From assembly GCA_963932905.1 (NCBI GenBank), contig CAWVRN010000011.1:53187-117186 (forward strand): a stretch of 64,000 bases of DNA. Direction: 5' to 3'. This stretch comes from an uncultured Bdellovibrio sp. GTDB taxonomy: Bacteria; Bdellovibrionota; Bdellovibrionia; Bdellovibrionales; Bdellovibrionaceae. Shown piece by piece: positions 9,118-19,130 of this stretch. A model generated the notes under the pieces. It saw only the letters and a list, made by a program, of their open reading frames with translations, had not been told where the DNA came from and did no database searches. The translations under genes and the position numbers were made by a program. Positions within the stretch are counted from its first letter, which is position 1, and each line of letters opens with the position of its first letter.

Positions 9118-11024
9118 TGAATTCAGAATTGTCGCCGATCGTAGGAAAAATGAAAATTGGCTGGGCATTGATTAGGGTGTCGACAAAAAATCAGGCCGAG
9201 GTTCAGCATGGATCGCTTGAACAACAGAGACATATGCTGGAAAGGTGGTCGACTCAGCAAAGTGAAGCTTCTGGCCGTCACTATGAAATTACAAGATTCT
9301 TTGAGGAAGATATTAGTGGTCGCGGAAAGGCCATCCATAAACGAATGGCCTTGATGGAAATAGATCGAGCCATCGAATCTAAAACAATCGATTTTATCGT
9401 TTTTGAAAAAGTGGATCGGTTAGCTCGAGATATGATCTATAATTTGGGACTTGTAAAAAAGGCCCAGGAATATGGAGTGGAGGTTCACGAGTTTGAATCT
9501 GGTCAAATTGATCTAAGAGATCGTGGTAGTCGGTTAGGTTTTAATATTAAAAATCTCTTAGCCGAAGAATACAGTTTAGACCTTGAAGAAAAAATTACTA
9601 AAAAACAGAGGGAAGCAAGAGTCAATAATGGTAAAGATACGTCAACATGTCCAGTTTTAGGATTGGATGCTCATCCAGCTAAGAGAGGAATGTATGTCGT
9701 TAACAAAAACGAGCAAAAAATCGTAATCGATATTTTTAAGAAATTTGTCGAATGTGGATCTGTCAAAGAAACGTCGAAGTATTGTATTCAAAAAGGATAT
9801 CGAAATAAAATTCGTCTTACGAAAGAAAAGGTGGATAAAAACGGAAATATTATTCCACCAAAACAAGTTGGAGGGGAACTGTTAGAACCTAGGCGGGTGC
9901 GGTATTTATTAAACAATCAAAAAATCCGAGGCTATAGCTTTTTTCAAGATACCTGGAATCAATTCAAAAAAGAACAAAATGAAAAAGGGTTTGTGAGATG
10001 GGATTACCCACACGGACCAGTGGTTCCGTCGGAGTTATATGAGGAAGCTCAGCGCGTTTTGGGGAAGAATCAAAAATTTGATGCTCGAACGCGAGCTAGT
10101 GTGTATTTGCTGACGGGAATATTGGAATATGAAGATGGGACTAGGTTTTCGGGAGCGGGTGCTGGCGGCAGAAATAGTCATTACGAGTATTATCATTGCC
10201 GAAAGCAAAAACTCCGAATACCAAAAACAAAAGTGGAAAACTTAATTCTAAAAAGAATTAAAGACTATATGAAAAACTCAGAACTGCTGACTAAACTTCT
10301 AGCCGATGTAAAACCAATGGCTGAAATGGGAATACCATTTTTGAAAGAGGAAATACGGCAGATTAAGCAAAAGATCAATGACAACCGCAAAGTGATTGAC
10401 GGTTTTACAAATTACCTAAGACAGTCGGCGCTGACTGATCCGACCAACCTTGAAAAGGTAATTCGTACGATAAGTATAGAAAGGGATAAAGCCGAGACAG
10501 AAACTCAATTTTTAGAACGCGATTTGGTGAATAAAGAAAATCAACTCCGTGAGTTATCTTCTGAACATCAGGAGAAGGGTCTTCGGGATTACTTGGAACA
10601 AGTCTTGGAAAATTTTGACAACTTAGACGACAATAAAAAAAGGGAAATCATTCATACGATTATTCCTAAAATAGAAGTGGTTCCAAAGAACAAACTGCGC
10701 CTTCATATTCGCACCGACTTTCGAGGTGATTCCAGAAAATGGAACGACGGCAAACGTAGCGAGTCAAATTTTGGGCATGAGGTAGCCTCCTACCGACCGC
10801 CGGTCGGCATGGAACAAAGTGGTGGCTCTGATGATTCAGAGGCCGATTTAAATTTATCTGATTTCAGTACAAAAGAGGCTGTCACACCTGGAGGAAACTT
10901 TTCGTCTCGGGGAAAATTGGCGGGGTGGACGGGACTCGAACCCGCGGCCTTCCGCGTGACAGGCGGACGTTATAACCAACTTAACTACCACCCCCGTGGT
11001 AAGCTCAAGAAGAATTATTTATAA
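9117..11024 (+). CDS. Large serine recombinase (integrase)
   Basis: IRVST catalytic Ser, DISG, DRLAR, recombinase domain, YLLTG, long coiled coil. Confidence 0.92.
   Translation: MNSELSPIVGKMKIGWALIRVSTKNQAEVQHGSLEQQRHMLERWSTQQSEASGRHYEITRFFEEDISGRGKAIHKRMALMEIDRAIESKTIDFIVFEKVDRLARDMIYNLGLVKKAQEYGVEVHEFESGQIDLRDRGSRLGFNIKNLLAEEYSLDLEEKITKKQREARVNNGKDTSTCPVLGLDAHPAKRGMYVVNKNEQKIVIDIFKKFVECGSVKETSKYCIQKGYRNKIRLTKEKVDKNGNIIPPKQVGGELLEPRRVRYLLNNQKIRGYSFFQDTWNQFKKEQNEKGFVRWDYPHGPVVPSELYEEAQRVLGKNQKFDARTRASVYLLTGILEYEDGTRFSGAGAGGRNSHYEYYHCRKQKLRIPKTKVENLILKRIKDYMKNSELLTKLLADVKPMAEMGIPFLKEEIRQIKQKINDNRKVIDGFTNYLRQSALTDPTNLEKVIRTISIERDKAETETQFLERDLVNKENQLRELSSEHQEKGLRDYLEQVLENFDNLDDNKKREIIHTIIPKIEVVPKNKLRLHIRTDFRGDSRKWNDGKRSESNFGHEVASYRPPVGMEQSGGSDDSEADLNLSDFSTKEAVTPGGNFSSRGKLAGWTGLEPAAFRVTGGRYNQLNYHPRGKLKKNYL
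10918..10994 (-). tRNA. tRNA-Asp (GTC)
   Basis: Reverse complement GGGGTGGTAGTTAAGTTGGTTATAACGTCCGCCTGTCACGCGGAAGGCCGCGGGTTCGAGTCCCGTCCACCCCGCCA folds as a cloverleaf with encoded CCA. Confidence 0.97.
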
Positions 11025-11046
11025 ACACCTAAGTGTCGGTAATCAA
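11018..11046 (-). promoter_or_regulatory. Sigma-70-type promoter of tRNA-Asp
   Basis: TTGATT-N17-TATAAA on the minus strand just upstream of the tRNA. Confidence 0.6.
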
Positions 11047-11299
11047 CAAAAAAATTGGGGCACCCCTGAGGAATTTCTCAAAATAGTACGTCGGCGGGCC
11101 ATACACTTGAGTAGGTACCTAACTAATCCATTAAATAATCAGCATATCAGGTGTTTACCTATCAAAACTGCTGAAAAAACGACCAAACACCAGTCAATTG
11201 GGTTTTATACGCGCCCATTTAATAGGCGGTCAGTTGGACTGGAAAGTGTAACAGATAGTAATAACAGATAACGGGAATAGATAGCTGGGTGGGGGATGA

Positions 11300-12133
11300 G
11301 TGAGCCAATATTTTGCCAGAACATTTTTAGTTCTGTTCGTTGTGCTAATGATGGTCGCTTGCGGTCAACCCGGTCAATTAGGGCTTGAGGCGGCTCAGGT
11401 CGGTGAATTAAGTGTCGCCGATGGTGGCACGGCTCCCGACCCTGTAGTCGAGCAGCAAATTAAAAACTGTCGTTCATTACTGTCATCAGGAAAACTTCAA
11501 ACTAAGACACAGACGATTCGTTTTGAGGACACTCGCACAGAATCAGGTCGCCAAAAAGTGTGTGAATTTTCTCAAGATGAAAACAAGCCCTACAAAGAAA
11601 ACTTAACAGTACTAAACGATTATCTTCGTGCTCGTTACACTCAAACTAGCACTATTTCTATTCCCTCTGGCGCCGTTATCTGTGATATGGACATTGAAAG
11701 TCCCGAGCAAAATTTTAACTATGACGATATTTTCTTCCTTTCATTTAACGATCAGATTTTAGCTTCCAATCACAGTAAACAAATCAAAGAAGTTATTGCT
11801 GCCGAAAACATTGTGCATTCGGGAACGGGCCGAAACTTAGCTTTCTACAAATATGATTGGGTCAAAATGCGCAATACTTATTTCCAAAACGAAGTGAACG
11901 ATTTCTGTTTAGGTGCAGAACAAGGTTTATCTGAATGTCAGTGGCCTGTGACTCAAGAATTCGGCAAGATCAAACTTAACTTTGATTCCGAAATCCTGAC
12001 TCGCTTAGGTGCTAAATCGAAAGACACCAAGCAGGTGTTGTCATTCGTGATCACTGGCGATAATGATCCCGATTCGGACTGCTATCACGAACGTTTAGAT
12101 CTAAATTTGGAAGTTAAATACTACGTACCTTAA
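11300..12133 (+). CDS. Cys-containing lipoprotein, unknown function
   Basis: Lipobox MVAC; 277-aa ORF. Confidence 0.7.
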   Translation: MSQYFARTFLVLFVVLMMVACGQPGQLGLEAAQVGELSVADGGTAPDPVVEQQIKNCRSLLSSGKLQTKTQTIRFEDTRTESGRQKVCEFSQDENKPYKENLTVLNDYLRARYTQTSTISIPSGAVICDMDIESPEQNFNYDDIFFLSFNDQILASNHSKQIKEVIAAENIVHSGTGRNLAFYKYDWVKMRNTYFQNEVNDFCLGAEQGLSECQWPVTQEFGKIKLNFDSEILTRLGAKSKDTKQVLSFVITGDNDPDSDCYHERLDLNLEVKYYVP

Positions 12134-12163
12134 TCCTGCATCGGCCCTTTGGGCGGCAGAATA

Positions 12164-13171
12164 TCACCAAAATATAGGTTCTGTTTCTAAGGTAACGCCA
12201 AAAACCTCGGCGCAGGCCTGGCGTACGCAGTCGGCTAGCTTCACCACGTCTTCGCGGCGCCCAGCGCCTAAGTTCACCATCACCAAGGCTTGCTTATCAT
12301 ACATGCTAACTGTACCCTGTTGGCGGCCTTTAAAGCCTAATTTATCAATCAATTGCCCTGCCGCCAGTTTGTACTGACCATCGGATTGTAGGTAGGAGAC
12401 AAGGTCTGGAGTTGCCTGTTTCAACTGACTCAATTGATGGGCCGTAACAATTGGGTTTTTAAAAAAACTACCGACATTTGGGATCACGTTCACGTCAGGA
12501 AGTTTTTTCTGACGAACCTCGATCACTTTTGCGGCGACATCTTGAGGACGGGCGGGTAGGCCATTAAATGCGTGAGCCAGTTCCGCATAGCTAATCACCG
12601 GGTTTGGTTTTTTCAGTAACTGGAATTCAACTTCCGTGATGAAGAAGTTCTTGTAGGCCGGCGTTTTAAAAACACTATGGCGGTATTCAAACAAGCACTC
12701 GCTATTAGACACGGTTTTGTTTGTCAGAGTTTCAAGATCATAGCCATGTACACGCGAAATAAATTTATTTACCTCAACCCCGTAGGCCCCCACATTCTGA
12801 ATGGGCGCGCCTCCCACGGTTCCTGGAATCAGGGCTAAATTCTCTAAACCATATTGATGATTGGAAATCGTCGACATTACAAATTGATGCCAATTCATCC
12901 CGGAGGCGCACGCGATAGTCACGCTGTCTGGGGTTTCACTGACGATACGTGTGCCTTCTAATTTATTGTGAATCACCACGGCTTCTATTTTTTCAGGTAA
13001 TATTAAATTAGATCCGCCGCCTAAAATTCGGATCGGGACGTTCTTGCTTTTTGCGAATTGAGCAATGCTGGCTAGCTCAGAAATATTTTTTATCTCGACG
13101 AAATAGCGCGCTATCGAGTTAAGCTTAAATGTATTGTGCTGAATTAGATTGAAATCGTTCTGTATGGTCAC
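12164..13171 (-). CDS. murB: UDP-N-acetylenolpyruvoylglucosamine reductase
   Basis: GGGSN, GLENLALIPGTVGGAPIQNVGAYG, GSFFKNP, LETEP. Confidence 0.95.
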   Translation of the reverse strand: MTIQNDFNLIQHNTFKLNSIARYFVEIKNISELASIAQFAKSKNVPIRILGGGSNLILPEKIEAVVIHNKLEGTRIVSETPDSVTIACASGMNWHQFVMSTISNHQYGLENLALIPGTVGGAPIQNVGAYGVEVNKFISRVHGYDLETLTNKTVSNSECLFEYRHSVFKTPAYKNFFITEVEFQLLKKPNPVISYAELAHAFNGLPARPQDVAAKVIEVRQKKLPDVNVIPNVGSFFKNPIVTAHQLSQLKQATPDLVSYLQSDGQYKLAAGQLIDKLGFKGRQQGTVSMYDKQALVMVNLGAGRREDVVKLADCVRQACAEVFGVTLETEPIFW

Positions 13172-13231
13172 CCTTCAAGCGTAGCATAGTTTAAAGGGGG
13201 GTGGCAACGGGCCAGCGTGTTTTAGCAGCTG

Positions 13232-14068
13232 CTATTTTTTAACCAATTCGATGCCCGCTTCAGTAACTAGAACAACGCGTTTACTGTATAGACCAGCGAG
13301 CGCTGTTTTAAATTTCTTACGGCTGATTTTAAACATCTCAGCGATTTCTTCTGAAGAACTCTTGTCGTTGATTTTAAGTTTGCCGTTGTTCTGTGCTAGT
13401 TTATCTAAAATTAAGCTGGCGATATCATCAAGAGCATCACCACTAGAGTTTTTCAGAATCAAATCAATCTTGCCATCTGGCCGAATTTTATTGATGTAGG
13501 CATCCGTCACAGTGCCAAGTTTGATATTTTCAAAAACTTCGGAATGATATAACAAACCGTCGAATTCATTGTTCACAACGCATTTATAACCTAGATCAGT
13601 TTTAGCATAGACTAAAATTTTAACTTTCTGATTTAACAACGGCGATGATTCCGGCATGTCTTTTAGGAATCGATTTGTGCGCATCGAAGCAGAAATACGA
13701 CCTGATTCATCTAGGTATAAGTAGACTAAGTATTTCTCGCCGACAACAACGTCACGAGTTTGCTGAGTGTAGTGAACAAATAGATCTTTATCTAAACCCC
13801 AGTCCATGAACGCGCCAACGTTTTCGACAGATTTTAATGGCAGGTACGCAAATTCACCCACCATTGCTTTAGGTTGCTGAGTCGTTGCGACCAGGCGGTC
13901 TTCAGAATCCAAGTACAAGAATACGTCGAGTGGCTCACCCACGGTGAAATCATCGGGAACAAAACGTTTGGGCAATAGGATTTCGCCCAAGTCTTCGCCG
14001 TCAAGGAAAAGCCCGTAAATTGATCGTTTAACAATTTTCAATTGATTCATTTGTCCGATGGTAACCAT
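13232..14068 (-). CDS. cvfB: CvfB-family S1 RNA-binding protein
   Basis: YLDSEDRLVATT, GAFMDWGLDKDL, C-terminal winged helix SRKKFKTAL. Confidence 0.85.
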   Translation of the reverse strand: MVTIGQMNQLKIVKRSIYGLFLDGEDLGEILLPKRFVPDDFTVGEPLDVFLYLDSEDRLVATTQQPKAMVGEFAYLPLKSVENVGAFMDWGLDKDLFVHYTQQTRDVVVGEKYLVYLYLDESGRISASMRTNRFLKDMPESSPLLNQKVKILVYAKTDLGYKCVVNNEFDGLLYHSEVFENIKLGTVTDAYINKIRPDGKIDLILKNSSGDALDDIASLILDKLAQNNGKLKINDKSSSEEIAEMFKISRKKFKTALAGLYSKRVVLVTEAGIELVKK

Positions 14069-14138
14069 GAGACACTTATCGAGTTTTACAGCAAATTAAG
14101 CAAGGACAATGTCGAAAAGGAAAAAAAATATAGAGTGG

Positions 14139-14864
14139 CTACTGGAATTCAGCAGCCCACCAGCCTTGTATACTTGCACAAAATCCGCTGCCGATACTGC
14201 AGAATACACCACCAGTATGGCCCTCAGCCCCGCTCATTTTGCGTATTAGCTTGTTCGAGGTTGCGGTACCACCAGCAAACGGTGTCGGCGACATCAAAGG
14301 ACCGCTAAACAAATTAGCATGATTCCATGTATGGCAACGTGTACAGTTTGTAGCAATGAAGGGAGCTACGTTCGCGTTAAAATACGGCTCTGCTTTAGGA
14401 GTGTAGGCTACATAAGTTTTTGGACTTGAAGCGATCAGATATTCGGCCTTGGCTTCGTGGCCGTAAGCGTACATTCGTTGCTGAGTTCCGTTAGCAAATG
14501 CTGCTGGCAATTGGAACGTGAAATAGTGACCAGCCGCTGAACCAACCCCCGTTTCTTTGGCGATAGTTTCGCCCACGTAAGTACCGGTTCCCACCGGACC
14601 GTTCGCATAGAAAAGGACTTTAATAACTTTTGATTTATTTTGTGAATCGTAAGCATAACCATAGGCTTTACCATCAGCATAAACGGCAGAGAAGCTGCCT
14701 GACAGCTTACCGCTAAAGTCTGTGACGAGTTCAGCAGCGGCCTGTTCTGAATTTGATTCTTCTGTGGATTCTTCTTCGCCGCCGGGAGCGCAGTTGTTGA
14801 ACAACACGGTCGTTGTAAAAAAAGAAATAATAAGGAATGCGTACCATGATTTACGTGCTTTCAT
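14139..14864 (-). CDS. Lipoprotein with single CxxCH (putative c-type cytochrome domain)
   Basis: FNNC lipobox; CTRCH. Confidence 0.65.
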   Translation of the reverse strand: MKARKSWYAFLIISFFTTTVLFNNCAPGGEEESTEESNSEQAAAELVTDFSGKLSGSFSAVYADGKAYGYAYDSQNKSKVIKVLFYANGPVGTGTYVGETIAKETGVGSAAGHYFTFQLPAAFANGTQQRMYAYGHEAKAEYLIASSPKTYVAYTPKAEPYFNANVAPFIATNCTRCHTWNHANLFSGPLMSPTPFAGGTATSNKLIRKMSGAEGHTGGVFCSIGSGFCASIQGWWAAEFQ

Positions 14865-14962
14865 AGGCCCCCAACTTGCTCTATTAGAATACCTGATTTA
14901 CAAGGAGTTTGGTCCATTTAGTTCGTGCCTGTACCACTTTGGTACAGGCTACTTTTATAGCT

Positions 14963-16591
14963 TTACTTCAAGCACGTATACTCGACTTCGTAAGCACCAG
15001 GATCTAATTCTTTTGTGAATTTAATATTCAATCCTTCAACGCTATACGATTGAGCCAATTCGGTGCCATCCTTTTTGATCACAATTGGGAATTGACTCAA
15101 CGGCTGGCACGCTAACGTCAGTGTCTTAAGCAAACGTCTGATCTCATCCGCGATGCCTGCCACCTGAGACGTATAATCCATGTCGCATACATTACCTAGA
15201 ACTCCACCAGTCATATCCGATATCGTTTTGTAACGTTCACCATAAGAATATCCGTACGTGTTGCGGCAAGCGGTATCACCGGGACGAGTAATGATTGAAT
15301 TAAAATTGAAACGTTTTTGTCCATTCCACGACGTGTTGATTAAATTTAGTAAACTCGCGGGATCATTTTTTGACGTATTCGCGGATTCGTCTTCATCGGA
15401 AATCAAAACAACAGATAACTGGGCCCCGTCGCGGAAGAATGATTTGAAGTCGCTTTCGTTAGCATTGTAGCGTTCGATCGTGCGATATACAGACCGAATA
15501 CCTTGCTCATTGCCGGAGCCCGTTTCTGGACGCTGCAACGTTTGGCTTAGTAGGTTTTGCGCCGTTGAAACTGGCATGGATGCATCGATCATTTTCTTAC
15601 CATTTCCGCCAGTTAATGGAATCAACCGACCGTCGCCTAAGTTAATATTGCGTGGATCTGTAGTCGTGATCGCAATCTGGTAGTCCAAGCCCTGCAAGAT
15701 TGACAAGAACTGCGACGTGCGTTGGGCCATGCTTTGTTGTTCGTATTCCATAGATCCCGAATTGTCGATTACGAACAGAACGTCGACTTTTTTGTAATTA
15801 TTAACTGTGATTTTCTGATTCACTTTTTTGTAAAGTGAATTTACGTTCCAAGTCACTGAACGAGTCGTGACGTTTTGTAAATCGTCCTTCGCGGAAACAC
15901 TAAACGTATAAATCCCGACGGGCAACTCGGGTAAGGTAACTTTGTTGTTGCCGTAAAAACATGATTTAGTGATTCCATTTAATGAACAGTTAACCGATAC
16001 AGATTCCGAACGACCATCACGTACATAAAATGAAATATCAACGGCGACACCGACTTCGATACTAGCGGCCGGGTAAGTTTGAAATACGATTTCTGGACCG
16101 ACGTCATCATGGGTGATTGATTTGCGATAGCACGTAGATTGGCCGCCTTCCCAATCTTGGAACATCACAGAATAAGTAATCGCAGTGTTGAATTCCGTCA
16201 GGTCGACACGTTTTTGGTCAACATAACTTTCCCATTGGCCATCAACGCAGTTTAGGGTGCGGCCAATTTTAATTTTGGACGGAGCCAATGTTCTAAATGT
16301 TAAATCAACATAGGCCTGATTGGTGTAGAGAGAGTCATTGTTTATTGAAAATCCCTCTTCAAATTCCACGTCGCCTGGGTTTAGCACCGGTGGCGGTAGC
16401 GTGTTGGGATCATCACTAGGCGGGGTTATCGGGCCATTGTCGTCCACAACAGAAAAATCGACGACGGGAGCAGAATCGCCTGTTGCCTGAGTCACTGATT
16501 CTGTAACAGAATCGTCACTGATTAATTTGCAGGATGTGGTTAGCGTAATCGTCAAGATCGAAAATATGAATAGGCGGCTTATTGAAAACAT
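14963..16591 (-). CDS. VWA-domain lipoprotein
   Basis: Lipobox TTSC; VDVLFVIDNSGSM MIDAS; ISDEDE. Confidence 0.8.
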   Translation of the reverse strand: MFSISRLFIFSILTITLTTSCKLISDDSVTESVTQATGDSAPVVDFSVVDDNGPITPPSDDPNTLPPPVLNPGDVEFEEGFSINNDSLYTNQAYVDLTFRTLAPSKIKIGRTLNCVDGQWESYVDQKRVDLTEFNTAITYSVMFQDWEGGQSTCYRKSITHDDVGPEIVFQTYPAASIEVGVAVDISFYVRDGRSESVSVNCSLNGITKSCFYGNNKVTLPELPVGIYTFSVSAKDDLQNVTTRSVTWNVNSLYKKVNQKITVNNYKKVDVLFVIDNSGSMEYEQQSMAQRTSQFLSILQGLDYQIAITTTDPRNINLGDGRLIPLTGGNGKKMIDASMPVSTAQNLLSQTLQRPETGSGNEQGIRSVYRTIERYNANESDFKSFFRDGAQLSVVLISDEDESANTSKNDPASLLNLINTSWNGQKRFNFNSIITRPGDTACRNTYGYSYGERYKTISDMTGGVLGNVCDMDYTSQVAGIADEIRRLLKTLTLACQPLSQFPIVIKKDGTELAQSYSVEGLNIKFTKELDPGAYEVEYTCLK

Positions 16592-16802
16592 GAATCTACT
16601 CCTTCAAATTCTGTTTTTACTTCCGCTTACATTCCGTATTAGGACTGCTCACGAGCAGTCCAGATTCAAATTCTTTGAATCGTCTTTAGACTATCATGGG
16701 CCGCTTTGTTTTTAAAGCCAGCACGGTTATTGGGCGTCAATTTGGGAATTTTAAATTTAACGTAATTTATTTTGACACTTCGAAGAATCGCTAATTGAAT
16801 GG

Positions 16803-17498
16803 ATGCCAATGAAAGATTTTTTATGTCCCCAATGTGGCGCCGCTCTTAAGTTTACGACGGCATACGCAGTGTCTACTGTGTGCGAATACTGTCGTTCTTT
16901 GGTAGTTCGTCATGATTTAAATTTGGAATTGCTAGGAAAAGAAGCAGTCTTGCACGATGAATTAAATCCCTTGCAAGTGGGGACTCGTGGGGTCTTTCAG
17001 AAAACTGGATTTTCCATCATCGGTGGTGTTCGTCTGAATCATCATGAAGGATTTTGGCACGAATGGTTTCTGCAGTTAGATAGCCAAACTCAAAATTCTC
17101 GGTACGGCTGGCTTGCTCAGGCTCAAGGGGAATATCAATTCTTGTTTGAACCAATAGACCTGCCTCGACAGTCCCGCTCGGAATTTAAAGTGGGTACAAA
17201 AGTTTCTGTACCCGATGAAACAGAACAACGTTTAGTTAAATGGTCTAAGTCTTTGTATCACAATTCTGATGCATTTCGAATTATTGACATACGTACGGCA
17301 CAGATGACCCATTTCTTGGGACAACTACCTTGGGCGCCAGAAAAAAATCGCGAACGTACCATGGCGGAACTCGCTTCGGCTGACGATGCCAAACTTACGG
17401 TTGAATTTGGGAGTGATAAAAATCAAATTTATTTCGGACAAGTTTTAAATTTTGAAGATTTTAAATTTCAAAACTTAAAAGAGGTCAAGGGATGGTAA
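16803..17498 (+). CDS. DUF4178-like protein with N-terminal Zn ribbon
   Basis: CPQCGA...CEYC; W.EWFL...GWL. Confidence 0.75.
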   Translation: MPMKDFLCPQCGAALKFTTAYAVSTVCEYCRSLVVRHDLNLELLGKEAVLHDELNPLQVGTRGVFQKTGFSIIGGVRLNHHEGFWHEWFLQLDSQTQNSRYGWLAQAQGEYQFLFEPIDLPRQSRSEFKVGTKVSVPDETEQRLVKWSKSLYHNSDAFRIIDIRTAQMTHFLGQLPWAPEKNRERTMAELASADDAKLTVEFGSDKNQIYFGQVLNFEDFKFQNLKEVKGW

Positions 17499-18742
17499 AA
17501 GCAATCACCTGCCCATCGTGCGGCGGCAGCGTTTCCATCAAATTTGCTGAGCAATCGTTAAGCTGCGTTTGCCCGTCCTGTTTGACTGTGATTTCAAATG
17601 ATAATGAATCTGTGTCTATTTTAGTTCGCAATCAAAAAAATGTGGCTAAACCCATTATTCCATTGGGACAGCGATTTCATTTTCGTGGTCACGATTGGGA
17701 AGTGATCGGTTTTCTTCTTCGAAGTGATAAAACGGAAGTTTATAAATGGAGCGAATACCTGCTATTCAATCCCTACGTTGGTTATCGTTTTCTAGTTTGC
17801 ATGGATGGTCATTGGAGCTATGTCACAAAAACAAAATCGGCACCCAAAGTAGACAAGATTCTTAAGTCGGCAGAATACCTTGGGAACAAGTACAGTCTGT
17901 TTCACAAAGGCCAGGTAAAAACTCTGTTCGTCATGGGTGAGTTCTATTGGCGAGTTAAAGCCAACGAAACCGTTCGCGCTGTTGACTACATTAGGCCGCC
18001 TGAAATGTTGTCGCTAGAAAAAGATTCTGATGAAGAAATCTGGTCCATCGGGGAATATGTTCCTCGTGGTGACATCGAGACTGCTTTCCACCTAAAAGGC
18101 CTAATGCCATTAGATATGGGGGTTGCACCTCATCAACCATCGCCGCATGGTGAAGATAAAAAAGTCGCTAAGTTTTTTAGTTATTTACTGTGTGCTTTGG
18201 TTTTGATTCAGTTGGGATTTGTTGTCGCCGTCAATAAAGGGGAAGCCTTGAGCGTAGCTTACGCTGTTCGAAATCCCAAAGGGCTGAAATTGACGACACA
18301 GTCATTTGAAATTCTTGATCGACCTGGTTACATCGAATCTGAATTAATCGCCCAGGTTTCTAATGATTGGTTTGAGACCGTCATTGAAGCAGTCGATGAA
18401 GAATCGGGTGAAGAATACGAATTTGATCAAGGCGTTGAATATTATTGGGGCAGTGATTCCGACGGGGCGTGGACAGAAGGCTCGCAGAAAAGTGATCGGC
18501 GTATTGCAAAATTACCTCCCGGTAAGTATCACTTGAATATTACAACTGATTCGGGAAGTTCCAATCCTGTGAAATTTGCTGTCACAATTTCTGAAGGCAA
18601 TATTTCTTGGGGCAATTTCTTCTTCGCTATTTTATTGGTTTCCATTTTTCCAATCTATTATTTTATGCGTGCTAAGAGTTTTGAAAAGTCTCGTTGGTCG
18701 CAAAGTGATTATTCGCCGTTTTGGAGTCAGCACGATGATTAA
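17492..18742 (+). CDS. DUF4178-like membrane protein with Zn ribbon
   Basis: CPSCGG...CPSC; WSEYLLFNP..GYRFL; GEFYWRV; C-terminal FEKSRWSQSD. Confidence 0.8.
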   Translation: MVKAITCPSCGGSVSIKFAEQSLSCVCPSCLTVISNDNESVSILVRNQKNVAKPIIPLGQRFHFRGHDWEVIGFLLRSDKTEVYKWSEYLLFNPYVGYRFLVCMDGHWSYVTKTKSAPKVDKILKSAEYLGNKYSLFHKGQVKTLFVMGEFYWRVKANETVRAVDYIRPPEMLSLEKDSDEEIWSIGEYVPRGDIETAFHLKGLMPLDMGVAPHQPSPHGEDKKVAKFFSYLLCALVLIQLGFVVAVNKGEALSVAYAVRNPKGLKLTTQSFEILDRPGYIESELIAQVSNDWFETVIEAVDEESGEEYEFDQGVEYYWGSDSDGAWTEGSQKSDRRIAKLPPGKYHLNITTDSGSSNPVKFAVTISEGNISWGNFFFAILLVSIFPIYYFMRAKSFEKSRWSQSDYSPFWSQHDD

Positions 18743-18872
18743 GGGATATTTAGTTTATGGATTTTTAATCGTATTAATTTATTCCTACATAAGCTACGTG
18801 GGGATCAGTTACTACGATTTTGTTTCAGGAAAAAGTTTTCAACCCGCTGGAAAAACATTTCAGCACAAATAA
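18735..18872 (+). CDS. Small membrane protein (45 aa)
   Basis: MIKGYLVYGFLIVLIY...FQHK; overlaps the upstream stop, operonic position. Confidence 0.6.
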   Translation: MIKGYLVYGFLIVLIYSYISYVGISYYDFVSGKSFQPAGKTFQHK

Positions 18873-18885
18873 AAGGGGAGCCTCT

Positions 18886-19122
18886 ATGGACGCGCCAAAC
18901 AATATGGAAGTGCTAATTAATATCAAGTATATCGTAAACGCACTCGTTTTTTCTGTTTTCGGAATTATTGTATTAGTAATTTCATTTTTTGTATTCGACA
19001 AAATCACGCCAGGTAACTTGTGGAAAGAAATAGTGGAAGAAAAAAATGTTGCTCTTGCTATCACAGCTGGTGCGATGGCTTTAGCGATGGCGCAAATTAT
19101 TGCTAGTGCCATTCACGGTTAA
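18886..19122 (+). CDS. DUF350-like membrane protein
   Basis: DKITPGNLWKEIVEEKNVALAI...IIASAIHG; GGGGAG RBS. Confidence 0.85.
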   Translation: MDAPNNMEVLINIKYIVNALVFSVFGIIVLVISFFVFDKITPGNLWKEIVEEKNVALAITAGAMALAMAQIIASAIHG

Positions 19123-19130
19123 GAAAAAAT

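Larger units (their letters stand above)
1..10917. mobile_element. Right arm of an integrative (ICE/IME-like, probably degenerate) element inserted at the 3' end of tRNA-Asp; left boundary not visible
   Basis: Cluster of FtsK ATPase, relaxase, TraV-like and VirB10-like genes, a DNA MTase and a large serine recombinase abutting a tRNA; host-type genes resume after 11.3 kb. Inclusion of 1-1800 is uncertain. Confidence 0.8.

Noticed and set aside
10996..11271. 91-aa ORF after tRNA-Asp
   Set aside because: It overlaps the tRNA promoter region and shows no coding features
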